Source: Amphiscolops sp. MND2022 (Eukaryota). Taken from it: 64,000 bases of DNA. The stretch covers positions 46,812,001 through 46,876,000 of the forward strand of contig OZ076413.1 in assembly GCA_964187785.1 (NCBI GenBank), read 5' to 3'. This document shows, piece after piece, positions 35,635-48,700 of this stretch (the first letter of the stretch is position 1; every line of letters begins with the position of its first letter). A program made the position numbers and the translations under genes. Under the pieces are notes generated by a model. It was not told where the DNA came from. It made no database searches and saw only the letters and a list, made by a program, of their open reading frames with translations.

Positions 35635-38600
35635 ATGACCACCTCATTCAGAGTAGCCCCGCCATCCTGGGACGATGACAAGTCGTTCGATGTTTGGAAA
35701 AGTGAACTGGATCTATGGAAAATGGTTACTGACTTGACCGAGCAGAAGCAAGGTCCGGCTATTGTGCTCACGCTGACTGGGCGGAAGCGTGAAGTTGCTA
35801 TGGAACTCTCAGCTGAAGAGTTGAGTGCTGAAGATGGCCTTAACAAGGTATTGAATGTCCTCAGTAAGGCATTTGCAGAAGAGAAGTGTTACGCTTTGTA
35901 TGAAGTGTATGAAACGTTTGAAAGTATTCAACGTGGCGACAAAGATATGACGAGTTTTTTGACGAATTCGAGAGAGCCATTTCGAAAATGAAAAAATTAG
36001 GAAGGAGCTACCAGACAGTCTTCTGGGGTGTAAATTGCTTCATTCGGCAAGCTTAGAGACAAGCGAGAAGCGTTTAGTGCTGGCAGCAGCAAAGAGTGTC
36101 GATGGCATGAAGTCCGCTCTGAAACGGATTTTTGCTTCAGAAAAAGACCCGGTTTCAAAGAAAATGAAGGAAGAGCCAGCTTTTGTACAACTTGAAGACG
36201 AAGACAGCGCTGCTTTTGTTGCAGGATCTTTGAAACGCTTTCAGAAGAAAGGAAAGGGTAAGTTTCAGTGGAACAAGCACAAGTTTCAGACAAACACGAG
36301 TGGAACCAATCCGAAAGATCGGAATGGAAGAGTCACAACCTGCGCTAATTGTGGTTCCAGATTTCATTGGGCTAAAGAATGTCCGAATTCAGAGGACAAA
36401 CAAACTAAGAAGGACAAGGATTCCGATGACGAGGTTTTTCTCACGTGTGCCAGTTCCTGTGCTAGACTTGAATCCGAATGTTACGGGAAGGGCAATATTG
36501 ACACCGCGTGCACTTCCACGGTTGCTGGGATTAATTGGTATAAGAGCTTCGTTGCGAAGCTTCCGGACTTTTTTCAAAAGCAGAACAAAACTGTGGCTGG
36601 AACATCATTCTTTGAGTTCGGAGGAGGAGAAAAAATCAAAGTTCTGTTCTCATGTCGTCTTCCAATTATGCTTGGTGATCTCAATTGTTTTTTGAACGTT
36701 CCAGTAACCAGAAATCCTCTACTTTGTTGATAAGCGTGAAATCGCTGGCAGCAGCGAAGGTTTCATTAAACTTGGAAACCATGACGATGTGCCAGGATTT
36801 TCGCGTAACTTCGATTTCAGACTACGTCGACAGGCCATTTGGCTGCCCCTTTGTTACCAAGTGGAACGTACAATTTTGGCACGTTGACACTGTTTAGCGG
36901 GTCGTTTACAATGAAAAAATTGAGAAGCTGCATAAGCAATTTGGTCACTGTAAAAATGAGAAATTGATATCTTTACTGAAAAATGCTGGCTGCTAAGATA
37001 AAAAATTGACTAAAGACGTCGAAGATGTGGTGAGTGCTTGTGAAACTTGCCAAAGATACGGTCGTGCTAAAGACAGACCAAAAGGAGGGTTACCTCATGC
37101 AACTGACTTCAATCAGGCACTAGCTTTTGATTTGCACCAACTTGGTCCGAAAATATGGTATTTTCATGTTGTTGGTTTGTTTACCAAATTTTCAGTTGCA
37201 TCGATCATACAAGACAAGAGGGCTGAGACTATTCTTGCAGAATTTCTTCGTATATGAGTGTACCAATTTGGCGCTCCAATGAAGGTTTTGTCTGACAATG
37301 GTCTAGAGTTCAACAACGAGATCTTTAGAGACGGAGCTGCTGAGTTGGATATTGAGGTCCAATATACAGCTGCAGATATTCCATTTTCCAACGGCGTCTG
37401 TGAGCGCCACACTCAGACTCTCACGAACATTTTGCTCAAACTTGGGGAAGACGATCCGATAAAGTCGTGGGAATTTCTTCTTCAACATGCGTTGTTTGCC
37501 AAGAACTGCTTGCATAACATTCAAAGCTTTTCTCCGTATCAGCTTGTTTTCGGGAGAAATCCGAGATTGCCGAACATTTTTACCCACGAATTACCCGTTT
37601 TGGAGACACAGAATGTTCCCGGAAGCGTGGAAACACTGCTTGCATTTCAAAATAAATGTGGAAAACTGTATTTAGAAGCTGAATCGTCAGAACGGCTGAA
37701 ACGAGCGTTAAAAGCTAGAGTTCAGAAATCAGATTGTGTTGTAACTGGTGATTCGGTTTTTTTATAAGGAGGAAGACGATCGATGGATGGAAATGACCTG
37801 CCCGTGTAATTGGAAAAGACGGCCGGGCGTCATTGTCAGACACGGCGGACAAGTGTATCGTGTTCACGAAGTTCGTTTGAGAGCTCTCGAAGACGAGGAA
37901 GGTACGAATACGATTTCTGAAAACATAGAAAGTGAACCTTCGAAGACATTTTGTCCAGAGGTCACGGATCGTCCGTACACAGAACAAACGGCAGATGAAG
38001 CCGTCGTGGAGGAAATACACAGTTCTGGGGATATTTCACAAGATTCAACGCCCTATGTGACAGTTTCTGTGCCAGACACGGTACAAGCCATGCGATCCAG
38101 CGGACCCGTTGATACGATCGATTTTAAGCGGGGAGATCATGTTCAGTTCGCAGTTCAGTTCCAGGTGATGAACGTGTTTTCACGGCAAATTTGACAGGAA
38201 GAGCTGGGAAGGCCACTGGACAGCATAAAAATTGCTTCAATATTGAGTACACGTCGCCAGACTACCTGACCGGTACTACGGGCTCCATATATTTGAAAAG
38301 TCAGGTATCCTCAGTTGAACATGTTCAAGAAACTGCAGCTCTTGTCGCGCATCCGTCAGATGGGTTTGAAGATGAAAAATCAGAGGAATTGGCGAATTGG
38401 GTTAATTTTGTCGTTTATGAACAAATTCCGGATCAAGGACAAAGTGTCATTTCCACACGATGGGTTTGTACCAATCACGACGGTCGTAGAAAAACACGCC
38501 TGGTTGCCAGAGGCTTTGAAGACGTTGGTCTGGACCGCATAGTTAAAGATTCGCCAACCTGTTTCAGAGAATCCTTGAGAATCGAACTTGCTGTTTAAAT

Positions 38601-39791
38601 TCGAAAAATGGTTGGAATTGCGGTTCTTTGGATGTAAAAACTGCATTTTTACAAGGTTTTCCCAGAAATCGAGACGTTTTTCTGAAACCACTCAAAGAGG
38701 CTGACGCATCTGGTTTTTTATGGAGGCTGAAGAAACCAGTTGACGGTCTTGCAGTTGCACCAAGACGATGGTACGATCGTGTACGGTCTGAAATGCTGAA
38801 AAGCGGCTGTGTTCAGAGTACTGATGATGGGTGCATTTTCACGTACAAAGAAAACGGAATCTGCATTGAATTTTATTGGTTCATGTGGATGATTTTTGGT
38901 GGAGCGGAAATGATAATTTTTATCAAGCAGTAGTTGTATCGCTTAAACAGGTTTTCCTCATCAAAACGGAATCTAGCTTGCCACTCAGTGATTTGGGGTT
39001 GAACACCGACAAATCATCTAATGGGGTGTGTCACATTAGTCAAAATGATTATGTGGAATCTTTCAGAAATTCACCAATACGGTGATTCAACAGACGAATT
39101 GCTAAATGAACGAGAAGTTTGTGATGTTCGCCGCGCTTTGAGCAAACTTCTGTAGTTAGCAGTTCACTCGATGCCAGTTATTGGGTTTAAAATCAGCTGG
39201 TACAGCTCAATATTACGTAATTTATGTAAAAAAGACATTTCGGCGCTAAACAAGCTGATTAGGCGGGTAAAGAGCGAGTTTGCTCCAATTCTGTCTGTTC
39301 CGAACGTTGGGACACCATCTCAGTGGAGATTGGTCGCATTTTGTGATTCATCACTGAATAATTATAATAACGGATAAACTCATGCTGGATATTTGTTTTT
39401 TTTTCTGTGCAATAAAACCACGAAACAGTCATGTCTTCTTACCTGGCAGTCAAGCAAGCTTCGTAGAATTGTTAAAAGCACCCTGGACGCAGAAATACTG
39501 GCAGCTGTGAACGCTGCTGACGCCGCTTATTACTGTCAGAAAGTGCTATTTGATGTTTTGGGCCATAAAATACCGATTTTTGAAGTTACCGACAGCAAAT
39601 CTCTGTTTTCTGCTGTTTCTTCCACCAGTTTAATTTCTGACAGGCGCCTAAGAGTCGATCTGGGTTATTTGCGGGAGCTGATGAGTACGATTGTGAGCGA
39701 CTCATTAATTTGGACGCCGGCGGAATGCCAGCTTGCAGATTGTTTGACCAAAATTAATCGGAAAAACCCAAAAAAAGCTGCAGATCATTGA
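35635..39791 (+). pseudogene. Copia gag-pol polyprotein pseudogene
   Basis: Chain of frameshifted + ORFs from 35635-35991 to 39393-39791. Confidence 0.92.
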
Positions 39792-39891
39792 AAATGGCGT
39801 TCTTCCTGATGAAATTTGGCAAAAAATGCTCAGATATTGTTAATTTGAAGTGTTTTTTTGATATAAAAAATTGATTTAGTGCGGGGAATAT

Positions 39892-40461
39892 TGTAAAAAT
39901 ACGCGCTAATTATTTGCTAGAATTCAGGTTGAATTCGTGTTCATTTTGTTTTACGGTCCCACAGTTTGGTTTCGACCGTCTTACATGAGAATCTTAGTCT
40001 TTGTGTTACTATAATGTATGCATTTCTTTGCAATTAGTTGTCATTTGATTCATTACACGTGTATTATGTTCACATTTTTGTATAATGTATTCATTTCATA
40101 GCGCATTGATTTGTTACAACATTTGTGCTAATTCTCGCTTTCATCTCATTCATGATTCCTTCAATTCATTAACGTCAGTTTCAAGATACGAATAAGTACA
40201 TGCTATTTTGTGAACTAATTATGTCGCCATTTCTACACATATTTGACATCTGAGGCAACACTATGGTTGTCAGATTCTTTTCAATTAATTAGCGGCTGTT
40301 ACATTCAAATACAATTCAGTTTATCGTCGTGCTTGTGGACACCATTTGAAAATTCAAAATACGGTGAGATTGTTACATTGTTACTTATTTTCAGTGTAAA
40401 TGTGTTTGTGTTTATGGTGGGGCTTGAAAGATATTCTTCCCTAGTTTCAGTGTTTTTTACA
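39892..40461 (+). repeat. Copia 3' LTR (570 bp)
   Basis: Begins 3 nt after the PPT; perfect terminal inverted repeat TGTAAAAA...TTTTTACA; followed by the TSD. Confidence 0.8.
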
Positions 40462-42573
40462 TACAGTGTGGGAAGTTGTTTGCGTGCCTTATGCGTATCC
40501 TTTCGGTTCTTTAATTCGGATCACTGAGTTTTGAATTTAACTCTCTGAAAACGCCCTCCATAAAAATATACACCGCAAAATGATTGATCCCACACCGCGA
40601 ACAATAGTTAAGACGGGTTTACAACTGTTTTGGACTGTTCATTTTTCAAAAATGTACCTTCAGAAAAGTGGTACTAAAAAAATTAATGAACGGTTTCAAG
40701 GCTAAAAAGTTATTGAAACAGGTTTTTCTTCAGACCAGTAATTCTGAGATTTGCCGTAATAAAACTCAAAAATTCCGAAATTCTTCGAAATGCAATTCAA
40801 TAAATTTTTCAAATTCCAATTAGACTTTGGAACCAAAAAACTGTTGTAATTCTGATCAAACGTTGAATTTTGCTCCCGAGACATCGTTCTATAAAAAAAA
40901 ATATTAAGATATAGATCTTTGAAAATTGCCGAAGGCCAAATCGAGTCTTTAGCTTTTTGGTACCATAGTGTAAGTAATGGCAAACATCATGTTAGTTTTT
41001 CAAACCAGTTTCATTGAATTTCCCGAAACTTATCGCGAGGACTAACTATCCAAAAACTGCCGAAATGAAATCTGTTGAGAATTTTTGAAAATTCTTTCGC
41101 AAAGTTGTCATGGATGTACAGTATTATTTTTTTGATTTCATGCAACCGTCATAGAGAATTCAGGTTAATTCATTTCAAAATATCATAAGGGCGATGTGAT
41201 CGAAACATTGCGGGTTCAATCTTTCTAGAACGACGATCAGAATGAATGAGAAAACAACAATTTTGCGTCATTTCATACGTTGTTGAAATTTTGTCGCTTT
41301 CATGATCTCAACAACTTCAATAAATCATCAAAACCATGTTCAGCGGATTAAGAGTGTACATTTCATTCAGTTAATACATGCTTACCTTTTAAATGTCTGT
41401 GCTTTTCACAAAAAGGCTGGAGCATAAAATTGCAGTGCCACTGTGTCCCTAGCTACATTTACACAAATCTGATCTCACAAAAAGAAAAGAAAAATAAACT
41501 ATTCTATTTTTGGCATAAGAAATCTAAAACTGTGAGGGCGTGTTGCTATTTAAATAAAACTTACTGATGAAGAATATAATACATGATATCAACATAAGTT
41601 ATTAGCAATTTTCTACCATGGTTATTTCAAACTGATGGAAAATGAATCCCGTCATGAAACTTTCTATCCGAAAAAAAAACATAACATTGAAAAAGACATC
41701 AACACGGAAACTTTCAGCTTTTCATTTCCATGGTAGAAAACTGTCTCTGTATATTGCTACAATTCCGTAACCTACATGATTTGGACCATTTTGCATAAAA
41801 TATTTTAAATAAGCGACCTTTTCAACAAAAACAATTAAGTCGGTATTCAAAAGGGTCCAAAGTAAAAGCATTACAAGTATAGACATTTACATCATATCCA
41901 TGAGTCTTTCCATCTCCTCAAACACAAACCTTGCAAAAACCTTCGTCGTGTCTGTCCACCATTCCATGAGTACTACAAATCCGAGTCCAAGACACCACTG
42001 ACGTAATTCGTAATGACATAACTTCGTAGTGACGCCATGGACTAACATCTATGAACGTGGATGAAGGGAGGCAGTGTCGTGAATGATGTCTATTAACTGT
42101 TGTTCTAATACCGTCTGTAGTAATAACTAGTGGTTGGTTAATAAAAAAATCTGTTGGACTATTCATGGTTGAGTGATGTCTACAAACGAACAAGCAAATG
42201 GATAGCGATTCCATTCAAATTGCTGCGGTGTCTGCTGCGAGTGGGGGAACAATTGAGGTACATATATTATGACTGTGTTGTATGTATAAGTCTTTAGAGT
42301 GAGGGCTTGGGCGCAGCTGTCATCTGGTAGTAACATAAGCAGAATTGTACATCTTGTCAAAAACTTTTCCAATTTTGAGGAAAAGAATTAGAAATAAGAA
42401 CGTCGAACCTATGATTTTGCGAGTTCAGAAAAATGTATGATGATTCAAATAATGAAATGATCACAAACTCAAAGGCATTTTTGCCGAAAAGAATTGTACA
42501 ACACTGTCAGTGAGGTTATTATGTTCTGCAAGACGTCCAGTCACTGCGTGGAAGTTGTTTATTACCCTGGGTG

Positions 42574-42726
42574 TCAGCTGTTTACGGGACTCTGGTTGGG
42601 GTAGAACTCACTCGGAGAGGGACAGTTGCGGTTGAAAGCCCTGAATGTAGCTACTTGCTCTATCCCATAGTAATGCACGAAAATGGCCATTACCACAAAC
42701 ACGTGGAATATCTGATGACTATGCCC
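42574..42726 (-). CDS. AdipoR: AdipoR terminal coding exon
   Basis: GHSHQIFHVFVVMAIFVHYYGI...SPVNS*. AATAAA 10 nt after the stop (42563-42558). This exon is not in the ORF track. Confidence 0.93.
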   Translation of the reverse strand, partial: GHSHQIFHVFVVMAIFVHYYGIEQVATFRAFNRNCPSPSEFYPNQSPVNS

Positions 42727-45700
42727 CTAAAGCACAAAATAAAAACATTGTTCGTGTTTTAATTGAAACTTACTGTCAAGTTTATGATTAGGTATCAAAT
42801 ATGGAACATAGTTAGGATCGCAAATAATAAAAATTCTTCAAGTGCTTATTTGGTATTCTTACATTAGGAAGACTATAGCTAGAAAACATTGAACAGAAAA
42901 TTGAATTCAGGTATGTACTTAAGATCGTTTGAATAATCTTAAGGTATTCGTATTATAGCTACATGGCGGCGCACTGTACGCGGTCCGGGCCAAATTTTCC
43001 CAATTCACGAGGGGCCCAACTTTTTTGAATACAATTTGAAATCGGAAAAACCCTTTTAAGCCCAGCGGTTATCTTTCGGCATGTTTTTTTTGAAATTGTC
43101 ATAAAATCAGTCTTCCAGTATATTTGGAATACTTTGTGCTTTTTGAGCTTTCAATGGGGCACCCACTTGGAATGTTCTCGTCTCGTCATTTTTGGCCCAA
43201 TATTTAGATACGATGCGTGACAAAATTTTCTTCAGTGTGCGACAGTCAGCCGACATTTTCATAACATCAACTACATTTGCATTGATCCGATTGGTTGAAA
43301 GCCAAAACAGGCACAGTACTAACCCATATGTCAAATTTGCCGGGGAAGAAGCGTTCTGGAATTCTGAGGGCGTAGAGGCAAGCACCGCTAATGTAAAGCG
43401 CGGCCATGAGGAGCAACCAGCCGAAACTGGCCTCGTAGAAGCCTCGCTTCACTCCGTAGATGGCAATGAAATGTATAGCAGGAACGATTGCACTCAGACC
43501 CAACACGATGTACATAGCTGAAAACAAAACATCAAAATTCAAGAGTTGAAAATCAAGTATCATTTGGGGCAAATCAAATCTCCTAACTGTCAAGTCAGTT
43601 GCCGGAACAAGAAAATTCAATGACTTCAATAAAAAAGTGCAACTCACACATTCAAATATCTTAGTTTTCTCATATTGCTCATCAACGGCTTATTCGAGAA
43701 ACCTCAACGGGTTCTTAACCAAACAAAATGACCTTTCTCTGGCCAAGATTTGAAACGATGTCACCATGAACGTGAGTGATTCTTCTTACCAGCTCTGAGA
43801 GGTCTAAAGACGGGGGCGGAGAACCGATCCCACAAAGAAATGATGATGCAAATGATGCCGAGAATGTTGATGCTGCTGATGTAGACTAGTCTTACAATGT
43901 CGTTGCAATAGAAGCCGTAGTATAGCCACGGAACGAAGGAGCCCACCACCAAAACCGCAATCCCGACGTAGTCCAACCTGGAAAGGAAATGGATCAATGT
44001 TTTAAAATTTAGTTCAACCAATCTACTGCTGATCAAGAAACCTTCGTGCTTCATTATACAATTACAAAGGACGAGCTCCGAGTAATTTGGATGACCTGAA
44101 AATGAAGCCCGGAAGTTGATACATAAAGACAAAGAGTACTGTTTGAGACCTGGGCTTAAGGAGATGTGTCAAGTATTAAAGAGCTCTAACCTCCGAAAGT
44201 CATGTAATGAAAACGCTATTTTGCAATTCATAAAAATTTAGAGGAGGCGACGGGGGTAAGAGCAGTGACTGTTTATTACTTGTTAAACAAGAGCCTGTAT
44301 CTGTTGGAGTGACAATGAAGAGTGTGGAACAACCAGGAGAAGGTTAGACACAAAAGAGCACAGATGAAGAAAGTGACAATGACAGCAATGTCTGTCCACA
44401 AGTAATGGTGCCTCGTGATGCTTCTTAGAAGGAAGAACACAGCCAGGATGACGACGGCCACGCTCCCGATGATATGGGTCCAGATGTTGCCCGTCTCCGT
44501 GTGGATCTTGAACACGCTCTTGAAGCACGTGCACACAGAGGGGATGGGCGGCCGATGACCCTTGTGCAGGTAGTCGTTGTCACGTAGCCAATCCGGCAAA
44601 TGTTGGAATGCTATCACCTAAAAACCGGGAAAAACCTTTTAATGCGAATGTTGACAAATCATTTTTCCAGTGAAATTCCAGAGTTTTAGATGGGATTCTT
44701 TTTGTTGAATCCATGATTCAGTTTTGCATTATTTTGAATGATGGACTTGGAATTCAACATATTTAGCAAAGCAGTATCTTGGATATTAGGTCATTTGTTT
44801 GCTCGGGATCGAGTTGAAATTGATAAACTAGATAGACAACTCCAGATTGGAGACGTTGTTAAAAACACAAACCTAAATACACCGCATTGACAGACTCAGG
44901 TTACACTAGTGAAAAACTCGATAAATTAAGCATTGTTATTCAATTTACAAGGTTTTGAACCTTTTCTCAAAGTACAGTAAACTCGTTTTCGTACAATTCG
45001 GGCATGCGTTCAATTCCGGTGACGAAAACAGGACGTGTTAAAAATGTTCTCATCTGCAAATAATTGCAACATCATCTACTATTATCCGAATGACAGGATA
45101 GAAACTAATCGCATTAAAGTAATCATTCAAAGCAACTCCAATCGGGGGAAGTAAATAACTTCTAAATAAATAACTTCTAATTAATATAGTAAACAACTTC
45201 TAAATAAATAAGTTCTAAAATTATTTTAGTAAATAACTTCTAAATTGCAATGGCATCTAGTAAATAACTTCCAAACAGCTATTTTGACGTAATTATTTCT
45301 ATAACGTCGTTAGCTATGTTCACATACCCCTAGTGCCCTAAATGCAGGAGCGAAGCGAAGCGGAGCGACGTGCCATATGGCCATGCCTCAATGTTGCTAC
45401 TTGGCGAAGGGAGCGAAGCGACGGGACGAGCCATACAACAAATATGCTAATCTTTTCAAATAACAGTTTTCGGAATAATAGAACGGTAAGTTTATTTTCG
45501 GAATAATGGAACGGTTAATTTATTTTCGGAAGAATGAATAGCAATCTTTACTAGAATGATTTCAGAAGTTACCAGACGCAAATGCATTTTAGAAGTTATT
45601 TACTAATATAATTTTAGAACTTATTTATTTAGAAGTTATTTACTAATATAATTTTACAACTTATTTATTTAGAAGTTATTTACGTGATCCCTCCAATCAA

Positions 45701-48700
45701 TAACACGATGAGTGAGGTATTTTTGTATTATTTTAAATTATTTTTGTTACTTAAATTCTCATCTATTCATGTTCCCCTCATATATTAAATTAGGCAGAAC
45801 ATATTAAATTACCCGATTAGAATCAGACCTCAAAAAGGTTCCTTAGAAATTACAATAAGTTGATTCTGCGCTAAATTCACATCAACCCGAAAGGTATACA
45901 TGTAGAGTTTGTAAAATGCATGCAAAATGACTAACAGCGTAAAGTCAACGAGAAATTTCCAATCTCTCAGAATACTGAAGCTTCTGCTGAAACTGCAGAT
46001 GCAGCCTTTTAGCAGTGGTTTCACGATTCATGGATTTTTAAATGCGAGTCATTGTAAATTTATATCATAAATTAGTTTTCGCCATTTTAATTAAAATAAT
46101 TTGAATTATTTCCGTTCAAAAAATAAAAATTATGAAGTAAATTATATGTCTATATACATGTACATCACTGATGACAACCGCATTTCGAACTAGAGGACGA
46201 AGATAGTGCATTCCAGATCTTTTCTTTTCTGCCAATACCCCCCCCCCCCCTCAGTAAGCGCTGAAAATTTAACCCACCCCCAATCTGAGCGATGAGCTTC
46301 AGTTGCAGTTAAAGATACTGAAACCTGATTGGTCGTTACTTTTAATTGAATGATAAGTTATTTTGGCACTTAACTGCAGGAGGGTAGGGAATCAACAGAA
46401 AAGATCCGTGCACTCCTGTGTTGTGTAAAACTAGAACGAGGAGAATGTGTTGTGGTGACTAGACTAGTGGCGTGTGTTGTTTGTGTTACCTTCCACTCCT
46501 TGTACTTGTTGGAGACGTCTCTGCCGGCCTGAATCATCCTCAGCTTCATGGCCTCTGCAGTCTGCATCATGCGCTCCTTGCTCTCCTCCATGGTCATCAT
46601 GCCCTCCGGCATGGACATGTGTCGAATCTGGCACAACAGCAGCTATGTCACATTTTGAAGAACCAACCCTCCATTAGTAAGTACGGGAAATAGGGATTAA
46701 ATAGTAATAAAATACAACTTTCTAAACTTTTTCCGAATAAAGAATTTTGGGTTCAACCAAATCAATCTGAATGGTTCCAATGAAGTCTGGAGCGAATAAC
46801 TAACCCGTGAAGTTAGTAACAAATCACCGAGGACAGTTTCAGAACTGGTATGGAAAAAGGCTGAGCTAAAAAAGATCTTGCAATCATTCAAATCATGAGT
46901 AGATTTAAAATATGATTGGATGAAACCAAAACTCATTTATATAAACAAATAAAGATGGTCATCCGTGATCCAAAAGCTCGTGTGACTAAAACAGCCTGTG
47001 ATTTTAAAAGTTCAATGAAACTTGCATTGATCTGATTGAATTTGCTTGAGCAAAAAGTAAATAGCTTTGACTCGGAAGCTCCTTCAAAATAAACAAGGAA
47101 CTTCTTTGGTCGTAATGTATTTTTACGTATCTTAAAATGCTGGATATGTTCAATTACGAAATAACGACCCTTTCCACGAAACAATACTGGGTGACATGAA
47201 TGAATGAGGAATCGGTGAAATGACTCAATTATTGTGGGTAGTACTCCTACTCACTTCAGGAAAACATTTCCACTTGGAGTTGATATCCTCCATGGAATCC
47301 TCAAATCTGACAGTAGTGCCCATAGAACTGGACCTCCCGTGGTACCCACCACCTGATCTGGGAGGTCGGTGCGACAGAAACGACTTCGAGCTCGATTCTT
47401 GGGCTGTTGAGCATACGAACTCCTGAAAACGAAAACCACTTCATAAATGCTATGCAAGAGTCATTAAAGAAGAGTGGATACCTTCCGCCAAAACGTTACT
47501 TTTTATCTTATTTATTCTATCATTAGAGACAGGAATTCTGCTTTCCTTTTTATTTCGTTTCTTCTTTCTTCTGTCATTTATTCTTAAAGAATATAAAATG
47601 GGGGACCGTGCGAAGCGAAAATATGGTAGTCTCTGCAAGAGACAGGAGTAATATTTGAAGAGTGAGTAAGAGAAAAACATCGAAGCCGGATGAAATAGTC
47701 AAAAACCGCCAGAGAAAAATTCCCAAGAATTTAATTTAGTTTACATTGATGCTTTCTGAGAATTGTGACAAAATTCAGGAAATGGAAGTCGCTAAATTTG
47801 AGCACAATTGAGGCGTATCGCCATTTTAGTCGGAGCTGTTCTTTAGGAAAGAGCGATTAAAGTCATGGCTTTTCGTCAGTTTTTTCGATACACCTGAACT
47901 ATCAAAAATAGTTCTACCAAAAGTTCTTCAATTTTGGCAAAGTCGGTTACTGCCACTTGGCCTAGTGGTTAAAGCGGCTTTCCGGTCCTGGTTGAGAGGT
48001 CCAAGAAGCAGGGGTACGTGGGTTCCAGTCTCACACTAAACCACACGCAAAATTTTGTTGTTTGCAAAAGTAGGGGGACGAAGGGTGCCCACCAGTGAAT
48101 TGACGTCGGTACATGTACCGTACCGGAATACACTAATTTTTTTCTGGTACCGTTACACGAACTACCGATTTATACGATTTACTCAAAATACACGATTTAC
48201 ACGGGAAAATGAAACAATTTCATCAGCTTCCGAAATGAGTATAAAAGTTACTCGGCGTTCGCTCGATGGCCTACAAAAAATAACTCGGAAAGGGGTGAAA
48301 TGATCCTGACATTCTGGCGAAAAGGAACTGGAACAAGGGATCAAACATCTAGTTCTGGCCATTCAGGTCAGTTCTGTCTCAGTGGAAAGTATGTTTTCTT
48401 TTCGTAATTTAAGATGACAGACGAAACAGACTTCTACCAATTTGGAAAAGACTGTTAAAATGCGTTTTCTGAATGAATTTTCATAAATTTGAATTTTTAC
48501 AGTCGATACACGGTACCGTACACGATGCTTTTTCGTACACGATACCGATGCTTTATGGGAAAGTATACGAAAAACACGATACGCGGTTTTCAGTACACGA
48601 GTCAATTCACTGGTGCACACTTTAGAATTTTTCGGCACTATGTTATGTGTTTCCTCTACAGAAAACCCCAGAGCCGAAAATTGTGGAATGTTTTCGAAAA

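Larger units (their letters stand above)
35528..40461 (+). mobile_element. Decayed Ty1/Copia LTR retrotransposon (GalEa-like)
   Basis: 5-bp TSD TACAG (35523-27, 40462-66); PBS TGGTAGCTGAAGG (tRNA-Met-like, 35617-29); PPT GCGGGGAA (39881-88). Domain order gag CANCGSRFHWAKEC, PR IDTAC, IN HKQFGH/CETC/SDNGLEF/NGVCER, RT RLVARGF/DVKTAFLQG/VHVDD, RNase H FCDSS/TDSKSL/QLADCLTK. Confidence 0.95.
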
